Shown: in pieces, positions 1-14,062 of the stretch
Numbering within the stretch: the stretch's first letter is position 1
Layout of the letters: each line of letters starts with the position of its first letter
Assembly: GCA_951406725.2 (NCBI GenBank)
Contig: OX597833.1
Coordinates: 2,046,001-2,110,000, forward strand
Origin: Octopus vulgaris
Lineage: Eukaryota
Reading direction: 5' to 3'
DNA length: 64,000 nt
The notes under the pieces: model-generated
Seen by the model: only the letters and a program-made list of their open reading frames with translations
What the model was told of the DNA's origin: nothing
Databases searched by the model: none
Program-made: the position numbers and the translations under genes

Positions 1-139
1 TTTCCGTCTACCAAATCCACTCACAAGGCTTTGGTTAGCCCGAGGCTATAGTAGAAGACACTTGCCTAAGGTGCCACGCAGTAGGACTGAACCCGGAACT
101 ATGTGGCTGCTACTTACCACACAGCCATTCATGCGCCTA
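1..139 (-). mobile_element. SINE family B, tRNA-like head half (truncated by window edge)
   Basis: Reverse complement matches the head shared by >10 copies here (AGGCGCAGGAGTGGCTGTGTGGTAAG...GGTTCAGTCCCACTGCGTGGCACCTTGGGCAAGTGTCTTC). Confidence 0.85.
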
Positions 140-1112
140 GGTTCACACTGTGAACCTACAGAACATTAACAGCAAAATCTCGCTTTCCCTTGATGTCTTT
201 GGTTGTAACTTGGGCGCAGCTTCTATAAAATTAAAGACCTTAAAATACAAAATGAGGGCCAGGTGATCCCATTCGGTCCAGCCCTCACTACAACTTTTAT
301 CTTATCGGACATTGGAAGGATGAGAGGAAAAGTTTCACACGGGAGAGAATTAAACACTGAAGATAAAAAAAATTTTTAAATATGTTCCCCCACCGCCTAC
401 GCTCAAAGATTTCCTCCTATCCCGTTCATTTAGAAACTACTTCTTCCTGATCAATAATAACAAATGTTTGCTTCTTGTATACGTTTTTAATTCCTTCAAA
501 TTCCTTCAAATACATTCTTCAAATCCTAGACGTTATTCTATAGTTCTTTTATTATAATCACTTCAGCTCCAACTGTTTTTTTCAAGCACCATTTGGAAAT
601 TAGAATCGAACTAATCATACGTCCAGACATCGGAATTGGTTCCTTGACACTAATAGAGTTTAGCCACAAGCATTTTACGCTGCACTTCCATGATTTCTAT
701 AACATAAGGATATTGAAAGTTTTGAGAAAAAGAAACATCAGACAAAACCAATACCACAAACAATAACAACGAACATACATAAAAAAATATATAAAAAGAT
801 TCATACTTATTTGTTTAATTTTTCTTTAGTTTTCTTTTCTTTTCCGTTGTTGATGAATTTTTTTTGTGCTTGCTTTGTTCTGTAGTTTTAGAAGTAAATT
901 TTAAAACAAATTAAATTAAGTATTAATAAAATGATAATATTATCTTTTGCTTCTGATTGAAATATATTTTTTCCTGTAAACTGTTTATTTGTTCCTTTTA
1001 TAGAATTAAAAAAAATATAATTATTATGCTGTCTTCCTTTTTGTCATATGTGTATATATATACATACATGCATACATATATAGATGTATACGTGCATACA
1101 TACATACATACA

Positions 1113-1139
<27 letters not shown>

Positions 1140-1175
<36 letters not shown>

Positions 1176-1228
1176 GTAGATAGATAGACAGACAAACAGA
1201 TTGACAGAAAGATAGGTAGGTAGGTGGG

Positions 1229-1300
<72 letters not shown>

Positions 1301-1354
1301 GAGGTAGATAGACAGACAAACAGATTGATAGAAAGATAGGTAGATAGATCGGTT

Positions 1355-1420
<66 letters not shown>

Positions 1421-1482
1421 GAGGTAGATAGATAGACAGACAAACAGATTGATAGAAAGATAGGTAGATAGATCGGTTGATT

Positions 1483-1541
<59 letters not shown>
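1140..1541. repeat. (AGAT)n microsatellite with a ~120-127 bp higher-order unit
   Basis: Interruption GAGAGGTAGATAG..ACAGACAAACAGATTGA recurs at ~1172, ~1299 and ~1419. Confidence 0.9.
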
Positions 1542-1543
<2 letters not shown>

Positions 1544-1599
1544 AAAAAGTGTTAGCATGTATGTGAGTTTGATAAGTACAATGCACAAAAATGTAGGAT

Positions 1600-2720
1600 T
1601 TTCAGTTCCGTAGTTTTTCAAAATTTGGCTCTGATGCTAAGACTTTCAAGTCGGATTGTCAATTATTCATCTAGCAAGTACTGACTGTTGGATTTTAGTT
1701 TTGCACGAATAGTTTTGCACGAGTCGGTGATTGTCAAAAAGTTATCAACAATGGAGATTGGTCTAGAGACAATGAAAGCCTTTATCTTTTTATTTCATTC
1801 TCGGAAGATGGCCTTGTCCAAACACCAATATCAAGAACATGGATGGATCCATGCGATCTTAGATTGGTTGGACTGAATGCAACTTGAGCATTAGTCAGGA
1901 AGAAATTCCAAACAGAATCCATGTTGGTAGAACCTTTTTAGGATTACCGTTACCAAAGTTCTTTTTTATTAATGGGTTTTTCCCATTGACAATTTTCTCT
2001 TTCCTCTCTTGTGATGAAATCACCTAAGTTAGGTTCTTTGTGGTACTTTCAAAATGATCTTACTCAGTTGTGGGGAAAACTAATTATTTATATTTTCGAC
2101 ATCAAAGGTCATTATCTAAGCTGAGATGAAGTCGTAGATTGAGAGACAAAAAGTCGTCCGTGGAGTTAGTCAGAGTTAAGTTATGGTCTCAAACAATTCT
2201 GACTTTGGATTCTTTGGATCTTTTTGTCTCCTTTTAGTTTATTTCTTATTCCAAATGAAAGTATAACCAGAAGTTATCTCTTCAAGACTGCCTTTCCTTA
2301 TCACAAACAAATTTTATCCAGGGTAATGATATCAATATCAAGGCGAGTGAGCTCTTCCAAGGCAAGTACTGTTCCTCATTGTGAGCATTCAGTAATGTTA
2401 AGATCAGAGAATATTCTTACTTACCAAGGACCAAGGAACAGTTTGGTAGATCCAGATTTTGGTTTTTCAGATTTTTGAGCGCAGGAAATGTTACCCACTG
2501 AGCGGGGTTTACTGAAAAAGTAGCTTTCGATTTTATCACACAATTCCACGGAGTTCCCTCTTCAGTACGGGCAACAGCATTCCTGAATATGAATGCCCAG
2601 ACACAGGTATAGGAGCAGAAGTCTCATGTAGCCAACGAATCTTGAGAAGGCGACCATTACAAACATGGTGTCAACATGCAGATCCAGGCTAAATACTTAA
2701 AGCAATCCACAAATTGTCTC
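1600..2720 (-). pseudogene. Decayed RTE-clade LINE, 5' part (APE endonuclease)
   Basis: Minus-strand peptide fragments GTVLALEELTRLDIDIITL, KGSLEEITSGYTFIWNK and WIHPCS*YW resemble RTE APE motifs (ELARYNIDIAAL, GSLTE..GYTFFW, TWMHPRSKHW). Many stops and frameshifts; boundaries approximate. Confidence 0.75.
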
Positions 2721-2874
2721 TACCATCACTATTTTATCACCGTTGCGCTTTCCAAGTAAATATAAAATATGAAAGTATAAACATATATAATATATGAAAT
2801 TAAGATATAACAATTTTCAAATAACGGGGCGGTTGTATGAATTAACACTCCCATCAAAGTTCGTGGCCGTTTAT

Positions 2875-3060
2875 CTCAAGACGAAATGCTTAGCAGTATT
2901 TTGCCAATCGCTCCGTTCTGAGTTCAAATTCTACCGAGGTCGATTTTGCCTTTCACTCCTTCGTGGATCGATAAATTAAGTACCAGTGAAAAACTGTGAT
3001 CGATGCAATCGAAAAGTCCTCTCCAACAAAATTTCAGGCCTTGTGCCTTTAGTAGAAAGG
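2875..3060 (+). mobile_element. SINE family C, older copy, followed by a (TAT)n tail
   Basis: GAGTTCAAATTCTACCGAGGTCGA..GCCTTTCA..CTTCG..GTCGATAAATTAAGTACCAG is shared with the other family C copies. Confidence 0.75.
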
Positions 3061-3138
<78 letters not shown>

Positions 3139-3139
3139 A

Positions 3140-3178
<39 letters not shown>

Positions 3179-3180
3179 CA

Positions 3181-3232
<52 letters not shown>

Positions 3233-3238
3233 CATTAA

Positions 3239-3322
<84 letters not shown>

Positions 3323-3772
3323 GAGAGAGCAATACATGCAATCAAAGTGACACTGGGGTAAAATATACGAGGCCCAGTCTAGCCATCATGTCTTCCCGTC
3401 TGATAAGGGTATACTAGGCACAAGCATCAGAACTATATGCGCGCGACATGGTGACTTCACATCAAGATAAACAGCGCATGACCTTGCAGGTGGGATCTTG
3501 TTAAAATTTTCTTCAGGCCCATCCTGCTCAAAAGGTCCCTGAATAAGGCTTGTTTAAAGATGTTGAACGATACACCCATGTTTCCAGAAGTGAATTATCC
3601 AAACCCCAAAGAATTCCTCTCAACACATGGCTATAATTCTCCCCCACTACTTCTGCTTGTGATCAGAGATACACATATCGTCAGCCATCAAGGGACATGG
3701 TCAACTGGTTAAGGTCAAACAACTGACAAGCAAATCTGTGGTATTGAGCAGAATATTTGCTGTAGCCCATCT
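3323..3772. mobile_element. Unclassified interspersed repeat
   Basis: A diverged reverse-complement copy of 3600-3765 lies at ~32545-32718. Flanked by trinucleotide repeats. Confidence 0.6.
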
Positions 3773-3815
3773 CATTGTTGTTGTTGTTGTAGTTTCTGTT
3801 ACTACTGTTATTATG

Positions 3816-3858
<43 letters not shown>

Positions 3859-4040
3859 AATTATTTATATGTATACAGGCCTGTGCACATATCTTTCAGT
3901 GAACACTCGTGTCTATGTGTCTATGGCAGTGTGATTGTTTATATATCAAAATGTTCCTCTCTCTCTTTCTCTCCCTCCCATCTTATGTGTGTCTGTATGT
4001 ATATAATGATATTCGTATATATATATAGACACACACACAC

Positions 4041-4073
<33 letters not shown>

Positions 4074-4771
4074 CATATATACGTACATATATATATGTAT
4101 ATATATATATATGAGATATTGTATATATATATATATGTGTGTGTGTGTGAGTGTGTGTGTGTTGTGTGTGTGTGTGTGTTGTGTGTGTATGCGTGTGTCT
4201 GTGTGTGTGTGTGTCTGTGTGTGTCTGCGTGCCACTCCGCAGAAAGCTTGGTGCTACACAATGCAAACCTTGAGAATTCCAACAGTCGACCTTCATCAGA
4301 CGCGACCCAAGTTTCCTTATTTAAAAATATCTTTTTAGCCGAAACAAAAATCTTAACTTGAGATATTTGCTATCTTTAGCACCACCCAGTAAACTTTCTT
4401 ATCGCGAATTCCATTACCAAACTGTATTCTTCAAACGCCGGCTTCAAAGTTCAAGTCTTCATTCATAAGTTCAACTCGGGTTCAAACCAATATGTATGTG
4501 TGATTTGCGCGTGTGTGTGTGTGTGTTTGTTTTCTCTGTGTGTTTGTGTGTTTGTCTTGGCGCACGTCTGTATGTGTGGTGTGTGTGTATGTATGTATGT
4601 ATGTATGTATGTATGTATTCATATATTTTGTTTAAACGAATGTGTATATGTGTATGCGTATATGAATATGTATATATACATAAGAACCCAAAAACATAGA
4701 CGCTCTCATAGACACATGCAGACGTACATACATACATACATACATACATACATACACACACATACATACAT

Positions 4772-4802
<31 letters not shown>

Positions 4803-5087
4803 TACATACATACATACATACATACATACATACATACATACATACATACATACATACATACATACATACATACATACATACATACATACATACATACATA
4901 CATACATACATGTGTGTGTGTGTGTGTATTTATATACCGTATATACTCGAGTAATAGTCGATCTCATGTAAAAAAATCTATACATTTATACAGGGACTAT
5001 GGCAAATTCCCAAGGTTTGGGGAATTTCGGGACCTTGTATAAACGTATTTCACGAATAACAGGACAACATTTGTGGGTCAAGGTACC

Positions 5088-5320
5088 TATATCTTTACTA
5101 CCCACAAGGGGCTAAATACAGAGAGGACAAACAAGGACAGACGAACGGATTAAGTCGATTACATCGAGCCCAGTGCGTAACTGTTACTTAATTTATCGAC
5201 CCCGAAAGGACGAAAGGTAAAGTCGACCTCGGCGGAATTTGAACTCAGAACGCAGCGGCGGACGAAATACCACATAGCATTTCGCCCGGCGTGCTAACGG
5301 TTCTGCCAGCTCGCCGCCTT
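5088..5320 (-). mobile_element. SINE family C, full length, with 14-bp TSD
   Basis: tRNA-like head (AGGCGGCGAGCTGGCAGAA..GAGTTCAAATTCC) and central CCTTTCRTCCTTTCGGGGTCGATAAA segment resembling the Meta-SINE domain. TSD TGGGTCAAGGTACC at 5074-5087 and 5323-5336. Confidence 0.9.
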
Positions 5321-5465
5321 TATGGGTCAAGGTACCGTATTATCCTGTATGCAGAAATAACACTGTTACAAAATTGTGTCACTACCTTAGTGTAGCCTGC
5401 TCCATAGGGGAGAATGCTTGGTGCTTATAATGGAATGCACGGTGATTCCATTAAAACGCCATTTA

Positions 5466-5868
5466 AGGAGTGGCTGTGTGGTAAGTAGCTTGCTAACCAA
5501 CCACATGGTTCCTGGTTCAGTCCCACTGCGTGGCATCTTCGGCAGGTGTCTTCTGCTATAGCCCCGGGCCGACCAATGCCTTGTGAATGGATTTGGTTGA
5601 CGGAAACTGAAAGAAGCCTGTCGTATATATGTATATATATGTATATGCATGTGTGTGTTTGTGTGTCTGTGTTTGTCCCCCTAGCATTGCTTGACAACCG
5701 ATGCTGGTGTGTTTACGTCCCCGTCACTTAGCGGTTCGGCAAAAGAGACCGATAGAATAAGTACTGGGCTTACAAAGAATAAGTCCCGGGGTCGATTTGC
5801 TCGACTAAAGGCGGTGCTCCAGCATGGCCGCAGTCAAATGACTGAAACAAGTAAAAGACTAAAAGAGA
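5466..5868 (+). mobile_element. SINE family B, full length
   Basis: A/B-box tRNA head, internal (TA/TG)n, 3' end CCAGCATGGCCGCAGTCAAATGACTGAAACAAG and (TAAAAGAG)n-like tail. Confidence 0.9.
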
Positions 5869-6255
5869 GTAACTTTTGGTGGGTGCTACATCACCATTTC
5901 TAAAATGCTTGCAGAGGAAATGCTGCAAGCCTGCATACATCTTCAAGTACTGCAAGCACATGCATCACACACTCGTCGTTTACGTGGTGAGAAATATGTT
6001 GTTTCAATTCACACAAAGCATGAGTTTGGTAAACCTAAAACCATTCAATTAATCACTACACCATTGTATTTTAGTAGGACCAGTCTTTTGATGCATGGAA
6101 CTGGTAAAATTACAGTAATTCACTGTATTTTTGTTTTTATTCGTTTAGAGATCAGTTGGGCTTCTGCTGCGGATACGGTATTTCGGATTCTAGCTTGAAT
6201 TTCAGCCCCTCCAATGTAGTATACATGTAATAGTCGACCGACCTATTAATTTGCC

Positions 6256-7154
<899 letters not shown>

Positions 7155-7424
7155 TATATATATATATATAAGATTGTGCTATGAAAAGGCGACGAGCTGA
7201 CAGAGTGGTTAACAAGCCGGATAAAAAGATTTGCTTCCGGTTTTACATTGTGAGCTAAAATGCATCCGCGGTCGACTTCAACTTTCAACATTTTAGGGTA
7301 AAATAGTTTTAGTTAAGCTCTGGGGTCGATGTAGTTGACTAGCTGGTCCCCACAAAATTTCACACTTTGTGCTTATTGTAGAAATAATTAATACTTCACT
7401 AATGAAAAAATAAAATTAACACAT

Positions 7425-8145
7425 TATCGGTTACGATGACATTTATTCCATTTGATCTGATTGACGGAACAGCTTGCTCGTGAAATTAATTTACGATTGG
7501 CTGAGCACTCCACAGAGACTTGTACATTCAAAGTAGTTCTCAAGGGGATTCAGTGTGATACAGAAAGAGACAAGGTTGGCCCTCTTTTAATTTACAGGTA
7601 CAACTAATTTTTGCCAGGTTAGTGGACTGGAGCGACGTGAAATAATAAAGTGTCTTGCACAAGGTCATGATGCGCCGCCGGAAATCGAACCAACGACCTA
7701 GTGATCGTGAGCAGAATGGATGGAAGCACTCCGTCGATTACGACGATGAGGGTTCCGGTTGATCCGAATCAACGGAACAGCCAGCTTGAGAAATTAACGT
7801 GTAAGTGGCTGAGCACTCCACAGACACGTGTACCCATAACGTAGTTCTCGGGGATATTCAGCGTGACACAGAGAGTGACAAGGCCGGCCCTTTGAAATAC
7901 AGGTACAACAGAAACAGGAAGTAAGAGTGAGAGAAAGTTGTGGGGAAAGAGTACAGCAGGGATCACCACCATCCCCTGCCGGAGCATCGTGGAGCTGTAG
8001 GTGTTTTCGCTCAATAAACACTCACAACGCCCGGTCTGGGAATCGAAACCGCGATCCTGTGACCGCGAGTCCGCTGCCCTAACCACTGGGCCATTGCGCC
8101 TCCACAATCGTGAGCAGATAATCACTAAGCTACGCCCCTTCACCT
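7425..8145 (-). mobile_element. Young SINE family A (7722-8103) nested in an older related SINE
   Basis: The young copy matches the 28357 and 54235 copies. TSD ATCGTGAGCAGA lies at 7704-7715 and 8107-8118. The flanks 7425-7715 and 8119-8145 are a diverged copy of the same layout. Confidence 0.85.
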
Positions 8146-8391
8146 TACTCTATTAATACTCGTTTACTGACACTGGGCTAATGGAATGTTAAATTGACTT
8201 CGCGATGGTTTGGACCTGAATATTACAAGACGTTAAAGTTGGCCTTGTTAATTCGACCGATCCATCTTGGACAAGACAATTGGAATTCCAATGGTTTCCT
8301 TGAAGGGCAGAGACGCCTCGGATGTTTTATTGGTCTTCTGCTGCATTTTGTGTGGGTTGGCCCGGCTGGAGACGATTTACCAAGGCACCAT

Positions 8392-8428
8392 TATAATAAT
8401 GATAATAATAATAATAATAATAATAATA

Positions 8429-8459
<31 letters not shown>

Positions 8460-8460
8460 T

Positions 8461-8491
<31 letters not shown>

Positions 8492-8589
8492 GATAATAAT
8501 GATAATAATAATAATAATAATAATAATAGTAATAATAATAATAATAATAACAACAATAACCACAATAAAAATAATAATAATAAGAAGAA

Positions 8590-8625
<36 letters not shown>

Positions 8626-8860
8626 GATGATGATGATGAAGATGATGATGATGATGAAGATGATAATGATGATGATGAAGAGGAAGAAGAAGAGGAAGAA
8701 GACGAGGAAGAAGAAGAAGAAAAAGAAGACGATGATGATGATGATGACGATGAGGAGAAGGAGGAAGATGGCAAAGACTACAACGATAGCAACGACAACG
8801 TATTGAATGACGATGATGATGATGATGATGATGATGATGACGATGCGGACGACGACGACG
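8392..8860. repeat. Compound (AAT)n/(GAT)n/(GAA)n microsatellite
   Basis: Direct reading. Confidence 0.95.
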
Positions 8861-9409
8861 GTAAGGAGTGCGGGGTGAGGGTGGGAAGGGTGACGACAAC
8901 AATGTCGACGATGACGAAGTAGATGACGATAACGACCTCGTCAACACCCTCTGTTGGCATTAATGATGATTACCATCGTGAAGCTGGTGATGACGATGAC
9001 GTCGACGAAGAGGTTAATGATGACATTCGTGATGATAGCGATTATGACTCATTGTTGCAGTTGTTGTTGTTGTTATCGATGTTGCTTTTACTGTTCTAAT
9101 TGTTGTTGCTATCATTGTTGTTGCCACGGAAATTGGTTGTGTCTTAATTTCAAAACTCCATATTTATAAATGTCAGCATCCTGTTTAATCTCAGACTAAA
9201 ATCCACTTTTCATATTTCTGTGAAAGAATGCGCTGCTTTCTAAAAGCAGACTTGGTTAATTCTTATCGATATGTCCTTCGTTTGATGACTAACTGCAAAA
9301 CTTGAAGTCATACATACACCCACACATATAATGCAAATATACGTATATAAGCATACATATACACACAAATACGGACACATACATATAGGCATTTATATAT
9401 ATATATATC

Positions 9410-9470
<61 letters not shown>

Positions 9471-9701
9471 TTATCAATATAGGGTAGCAAAAAAATTCAA
9501 GAAAAAATTCAAGAAAAATTTTCTGCAACCAGCGGTCAAGTGAGAAAATAGAAATAGTCACAGACTATATAATATGTTGAATATGTTGTTGGGTCTTTCC
9601 TTAAGATATATATATATATATATATATTATCGCCATGGACTCCTTGAGAGCGGTCAGCTAAAGGTTTTTTGTGCATTTTGATGTCGACATAAGTTCCTTG
9701 A

Positions 9702-9784
9702 TTTTCCTGAAGAGAAATCTGCATAATGTACTCCTTATTCCTTCGGAATTAGGAATATGCAGCCTTCGAAACATATGTCGAGAA
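9702..9784 (+). ncRNA. Type I hammerhead ribozyme with long stem II
   Basis: ttttc CUGAAGA gaa..ctgcata..tccttattcc ttc ggaattagga..tatgcag..ttc GAAA catatg UC/ gagaa. The GUC site is after 9779 and AATAAA follows. Confidence 0.85.
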
Positions 9785-9830
9785 TAAAGGATATTTGTTA
9801 ACTAGTCGTTAAACTCCATTCTTTCATATA

Positions 9831-9900
<70 letters not shown>

Positions 9901-9905
<5 letters not shown>

Positions 9906-10092
9906 GCGATTTTTTTCCTCTGTCTTCCCTTCTCTGGATCTTTCCTTCTCCTATGTTTCAGACGAAGAGCTCCGCTCGAAACGTTAAACCCTCCTTCTTC
10001 CCTTCCTTCCTGAGCGTCCAATAATACTATAATTTGTTCCACGTCCTCGCGTTGTTGTGTTTTCTCTTTGCGTTTTCATGTTTGCATTAACT
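9901..10092 (+). mobile_element. ~190-bp microsatellite-embedded element (family H2) with minimal hammerhead at 9955-9989
   Basis: gttt CAGACGA a gagc tcc gctc GAAA cg UU aaac. Related copies at 24838 (+) and 30365 (-). Confidence 0.7.
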
Positions 10093-10121
10093 ATATATAT
10101 ATATATATACTCTCTCTCTCT

Positions 10122-10520
10122 CTCTTTGACTCTTTTACTTTCTTCAGTCATTTGACTGCGGCCATGCTGGAGCACCGACTTTGGTCGAGGAAATCGACCC
10201 CCAGGATTTATTCTTTGTAAGCCTAGTACTTATTCTATCGGTCTCTTTTGCTGAACCGCTAAGTTATGGGGACGTAAACACACCAGCAGCGGTTGTCAAG
10301 TGGTTTTCGGGGGACAAAAACACCCACGCAAACACACACACACACACATATATATGTATATATATATATACGACGGGCTTCTTTAAGTTTCCGTCTACCA
10401 AATCCACTCACAAGGCTTTGGTTGGCCCGTGGCTATAGCAGAAGACACTTGCTCAAGGTGCCACGCAGTGGGATTGAACCCGGAACCATGTGGTTGGTAA
10501 GCAAGCCACTCCTGCGCCTA
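10122..10520 (-). mobile_element. SINE family B
   Basis: Similarity to the other family B copies. Confidence 0.9.
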
Positions 10521-10650
10521 TATATATATATTAGAAGGTTTGGAGATGATGAACTGGCAATGTATATTAAAAGAAATAAGGTACTCAGAAATCTGGATGG
10601 TTTATATTTACAGATTTTTAGTAATATGTCACATGTTTTTATGAATCATA

Positions 10651-10689
10651 AATTAACGCTTGCATCCACTGTAGTGGATTCGTCAGATT
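10651..10689 (-). ncRNA. Degenerate hammerhead motif
   Basis: aat CUGACGA atccac taca gtggat GCAA gcgt UA att. Stem II is a perfect 6 bp, with one core substitution (GAAA>GCAA). Confidence 0.5.
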
Positions 10690-11060
10690 GAATTTTTTCA
10701 GGATTTTGTTTCTTTTTATAGTATTATTGAGTGTGTAGGCGTCGAGAGAGATATAGGATAGTAAATGTGGGTGAGGAATGGGGAGAAATTGAGAGAGAGA
10801 GAGAGTGTGTGTGTGTGTGTACCTTTGTGTCATAGATTGTCTCGCTCATACAAGCATCCAGAAAGATGTAAGCATACGCGCACGTATGGTTTGGCGCACA
10901 TAGCGGTTTAAATAACTATTTGGTGTTTATAAGGATAGGGAGATTAGAGCTAGATTTAATTCAGACATGCCTTCAGCTTATTTTAACGAGTTTTCTCTAT
11001 TTGTCCATTGAAGAGACATATCTGCACTGTCGGATGCTCCTGTGCCAGTGGTTGAGTATC

Positions 11061-11107
11061 TCAGCTGTGAGGGATCGATATTAGAAGGGTCGAAACAATT
11101 GTAGTGA
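11061..11107 (+). ncRNA. Degenerate hammerhead motif
   Basis: tcag CUG-UGA gg gatc..ggtc GAAA caattg UA gtga. Palindromic stem III and GUA site, but the core lacks one A. Confidence 0.45.
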
Positions 11108-11165
11108 TTCATAAAATTTCTGGTATCTCCCGTCTCTCATTAAATGTATATGTGTGTTAAAGGCT

Positions 11166-11230
<65 letters not shown>

Positions 11231-11394
11231 ATATGTATGTATGCATGTATGTATGTATGTATATATGTATGTATGTATTATGTATGTATGTATATTGAGA
11301 CTCACAGCACCATCAACAATCATGAATTAGTTAATCAATTTAATCAATGCAATGTAGTTATCGTGCAATGCTTGTGCAAAAAGATTTTTTTTAA

Positions 11395-11906
11395 AGCGAG
11401 GAAAGGCTGTGGAGAAGGACTGAACATCAGGGGACAGCCACGTTTGAGAAATCTCGAGTTGCACATGAGAAAGTAAGGAGGGATGTCAGGAAGGACATCG
11501 CTGTTACACTTTCAGAAAGGAAGGGTCTTCCTTTGATTCTGACATGCAATGTCTGTGCAAGACCCTGCCTCAGTAAAGCTGGACTCATGAGTCATCTTCG
11601 TAGTCATAAAACGAGACAGATGAGTGACAACCTGGCCACTGGTGGTGGTGTAACACACCATACTAATCATATCTGTCGGGCATGTGGAATAGAGTGTAAT
11701 TCGGCAGGAGGACTTAAACGACATGCAAAGGTACATGAAGCCTAGTTACAACTACAGTCGGCTATTACCAGTAAAGGTCTTAGTCGCCAATTTTGTACAA
11801 GACATTGTAGATCTTTAGCTGGGCTAAAAAGTCACATTCGATCACAGCACCAGTAACAGTTAAGCTTCGTGCAATGGCCATACTCGATAACGCGGGGGCA
11901 GCCATA
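11395..11906 (+). pseudogene. RTE-clade LINE 3' end with three tandem C2H2 zinc fingers
   Basis: LWRRT..TATFEKSRVAHEKVRRDVRK (RTE C-terminus), CNVCARPCLSKAGLMSHLRSH, CRACGIECNSAGGLKRHAKVH and degenerate RQFCTRHCRSLAGLKSHIRSQH*, followed by an RTE-like 3' stem ATGGCCATACTCGATAACGCGGGGGCAGCCAT. Confidence 0.8.
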
Positions 11907-11997
11907 ATGTATATATATGCGTACATATATGCGTATATACGTATGTTCATTAGCATTTATAAACATATCCGTATAATCATTCAACTAAAACTCACAC

Positions 11998-12067
<70 letters not shown>

Positions 12068-12159
12068 CATCATTACCATTATCATTACTATTATTATCAT
12101 TATCATCATTCTATATGTATACATGCATATGTATATGCATGTATGTATATATAATATAT

Positions 12160-12193
<34 letters not shown>

Positions 12194-12795
12194 CATAACG
12201 CGTGTGCAGATAAAGAGGGATGCATTTACTCTTCTTGTTGATGATAATGGTGATGATTATGATGATGAAGGTGATGATAGCACTTATGATGATGTTGGTC
12301 TGGTGGTGATGGTGGTGTCGGTGATGGTGGTGGTGGCGGTAGGGGATATTTTTGTTAAACTTAATAACACAACGGAGAATAAGTAGCCAATTAGAAAGCC
12401 GTTTCATTTCATCGTATTTTCTTCGTTCAATGAACAGGTTTTCAATTCTCTTTCCTTCATCACTTTATTATATTATATTTTATTTTATATTATTTTATTT
12501 TATTTTATTTTATTTATTTGTTGTTTTTTGCTTTTGGTCTTAATGTAATAAATTCAATGAAAGAAAATTTTTTTTCAAGAATACACAGAATGTATTTCAT
12601 ATGTACGTGCGTGTGTGTGTACGTGTGTGTGTGTGTGTGCGTGTGTGTGTGCGTGCGTGTGTAAACAGCCGCATGCCATAGTTTTCGATATAGCTACATT
12701 AACAACGACTACAACAAGGTAAATAACAAAAGCATAGTTTTCAATGAAAGAACCAGTTGCAAAGCCATTTCGTTATTGCCATTACGTTTCAATGT

Positions 12796-12930
12796 TATTA
12801 TTACTATTATTATTACTATTATTATTACTATTATTATTACTATTATTATTACTATTATTATTACTATTATTATTACTATTATTATTACTATTATTATTAC
12901 TATTATTATTACTATTATTATTATTATTAC

Positions 12931-13005
<75 letters not shown>

Positions 13006-13019
13006 CATCCTCATCATCA

Positions 13020-13059
<40 letters not shown>

Positions 13060-13073
13060 CATCATCATCATCA

Positions 13074-13131
<58 letters not shown>

Positions 13132-13147
13132 TATTATTATTATTATA

Positions 13148-13215
<68 letters not shown>

Positions 13216-13271
13216 CATCATCATCATCATCATCATTATTATTATTATTATTATTATCATCATCATCATCA

Positions 13272-13317
<46 letters not shown>

Positions 13318-13345
13318 CATCATCATCGTTACTATTATTATTATT
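12796..13345. repeat. (ATT)n/(ATC)n compound microsatellite
   Basis: Direct reading; includes a 12-bp (ATTATTATTACT)n subarray. Confidence 0.95.
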
Positions 13346-13776
13346 GCTTTTCTCATTATTACTATTATTATTTTTCATCACCATAACCTTCAGCATCGCC
13401 ACGTTCATCATCATACACCTACTCCTCCCCATCTTCCTCCTCCTCATCATCATCATCATTATCATCATCATTACCATCTTTGTTATCAACATCAGCGTGA
13501 AGAATGTTACTATTGCTATTGCTGTTGTTATTTTTGTTGCTGTTGTCATTGCTATTATTGCTGTAGTTATTGTTGTCGTTGTTGTTGTTGTTGTCTCCTT
13601 TTTTTTTAATTTTTGCTTTTGTTTACTGTATCTTTTGAAAAAGGAACCATGAAATATTTATGAATTGCTATAATCGAAACAGCGATGCCTGCAAGTAGCA
13701 AATTCTAATAAATTCATTTTATTTGCCTGCCTTACAATACAACAGCACAAACGCATACATACAAACATTCATTCAT

Positions 13777-13820
<44 letters not shown>

Positions 13821-13833
13821 GTAAGTAATCCGT

Positions 13834-13945
<112 letters not shown>

Positions 13946-13985
13946 ATATATATATATATTTATTTTATATCTGTATATAACGTGC

Positions 13986-14062
<77 letters not shown>

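Noticed and set aside
2516-2572. Minus-strand CUGAAGA...GAAAGCUA
   Set aside because: No stem I complement and a weak stem II; lies inside the RTE relic.
4225-4305. Minus-strand gcgt CUGAUGA ... acgc
   Set aside because: The GAAA half of the core is absent.
5880-5990. Cys-rich minus-strand stretch (RKRRVCDACAC) as a piggyBac C-terminal domain
   Set aside because: Too short and interrupted, with no supporting transposase motifs or TTAA-bounded termini identified.
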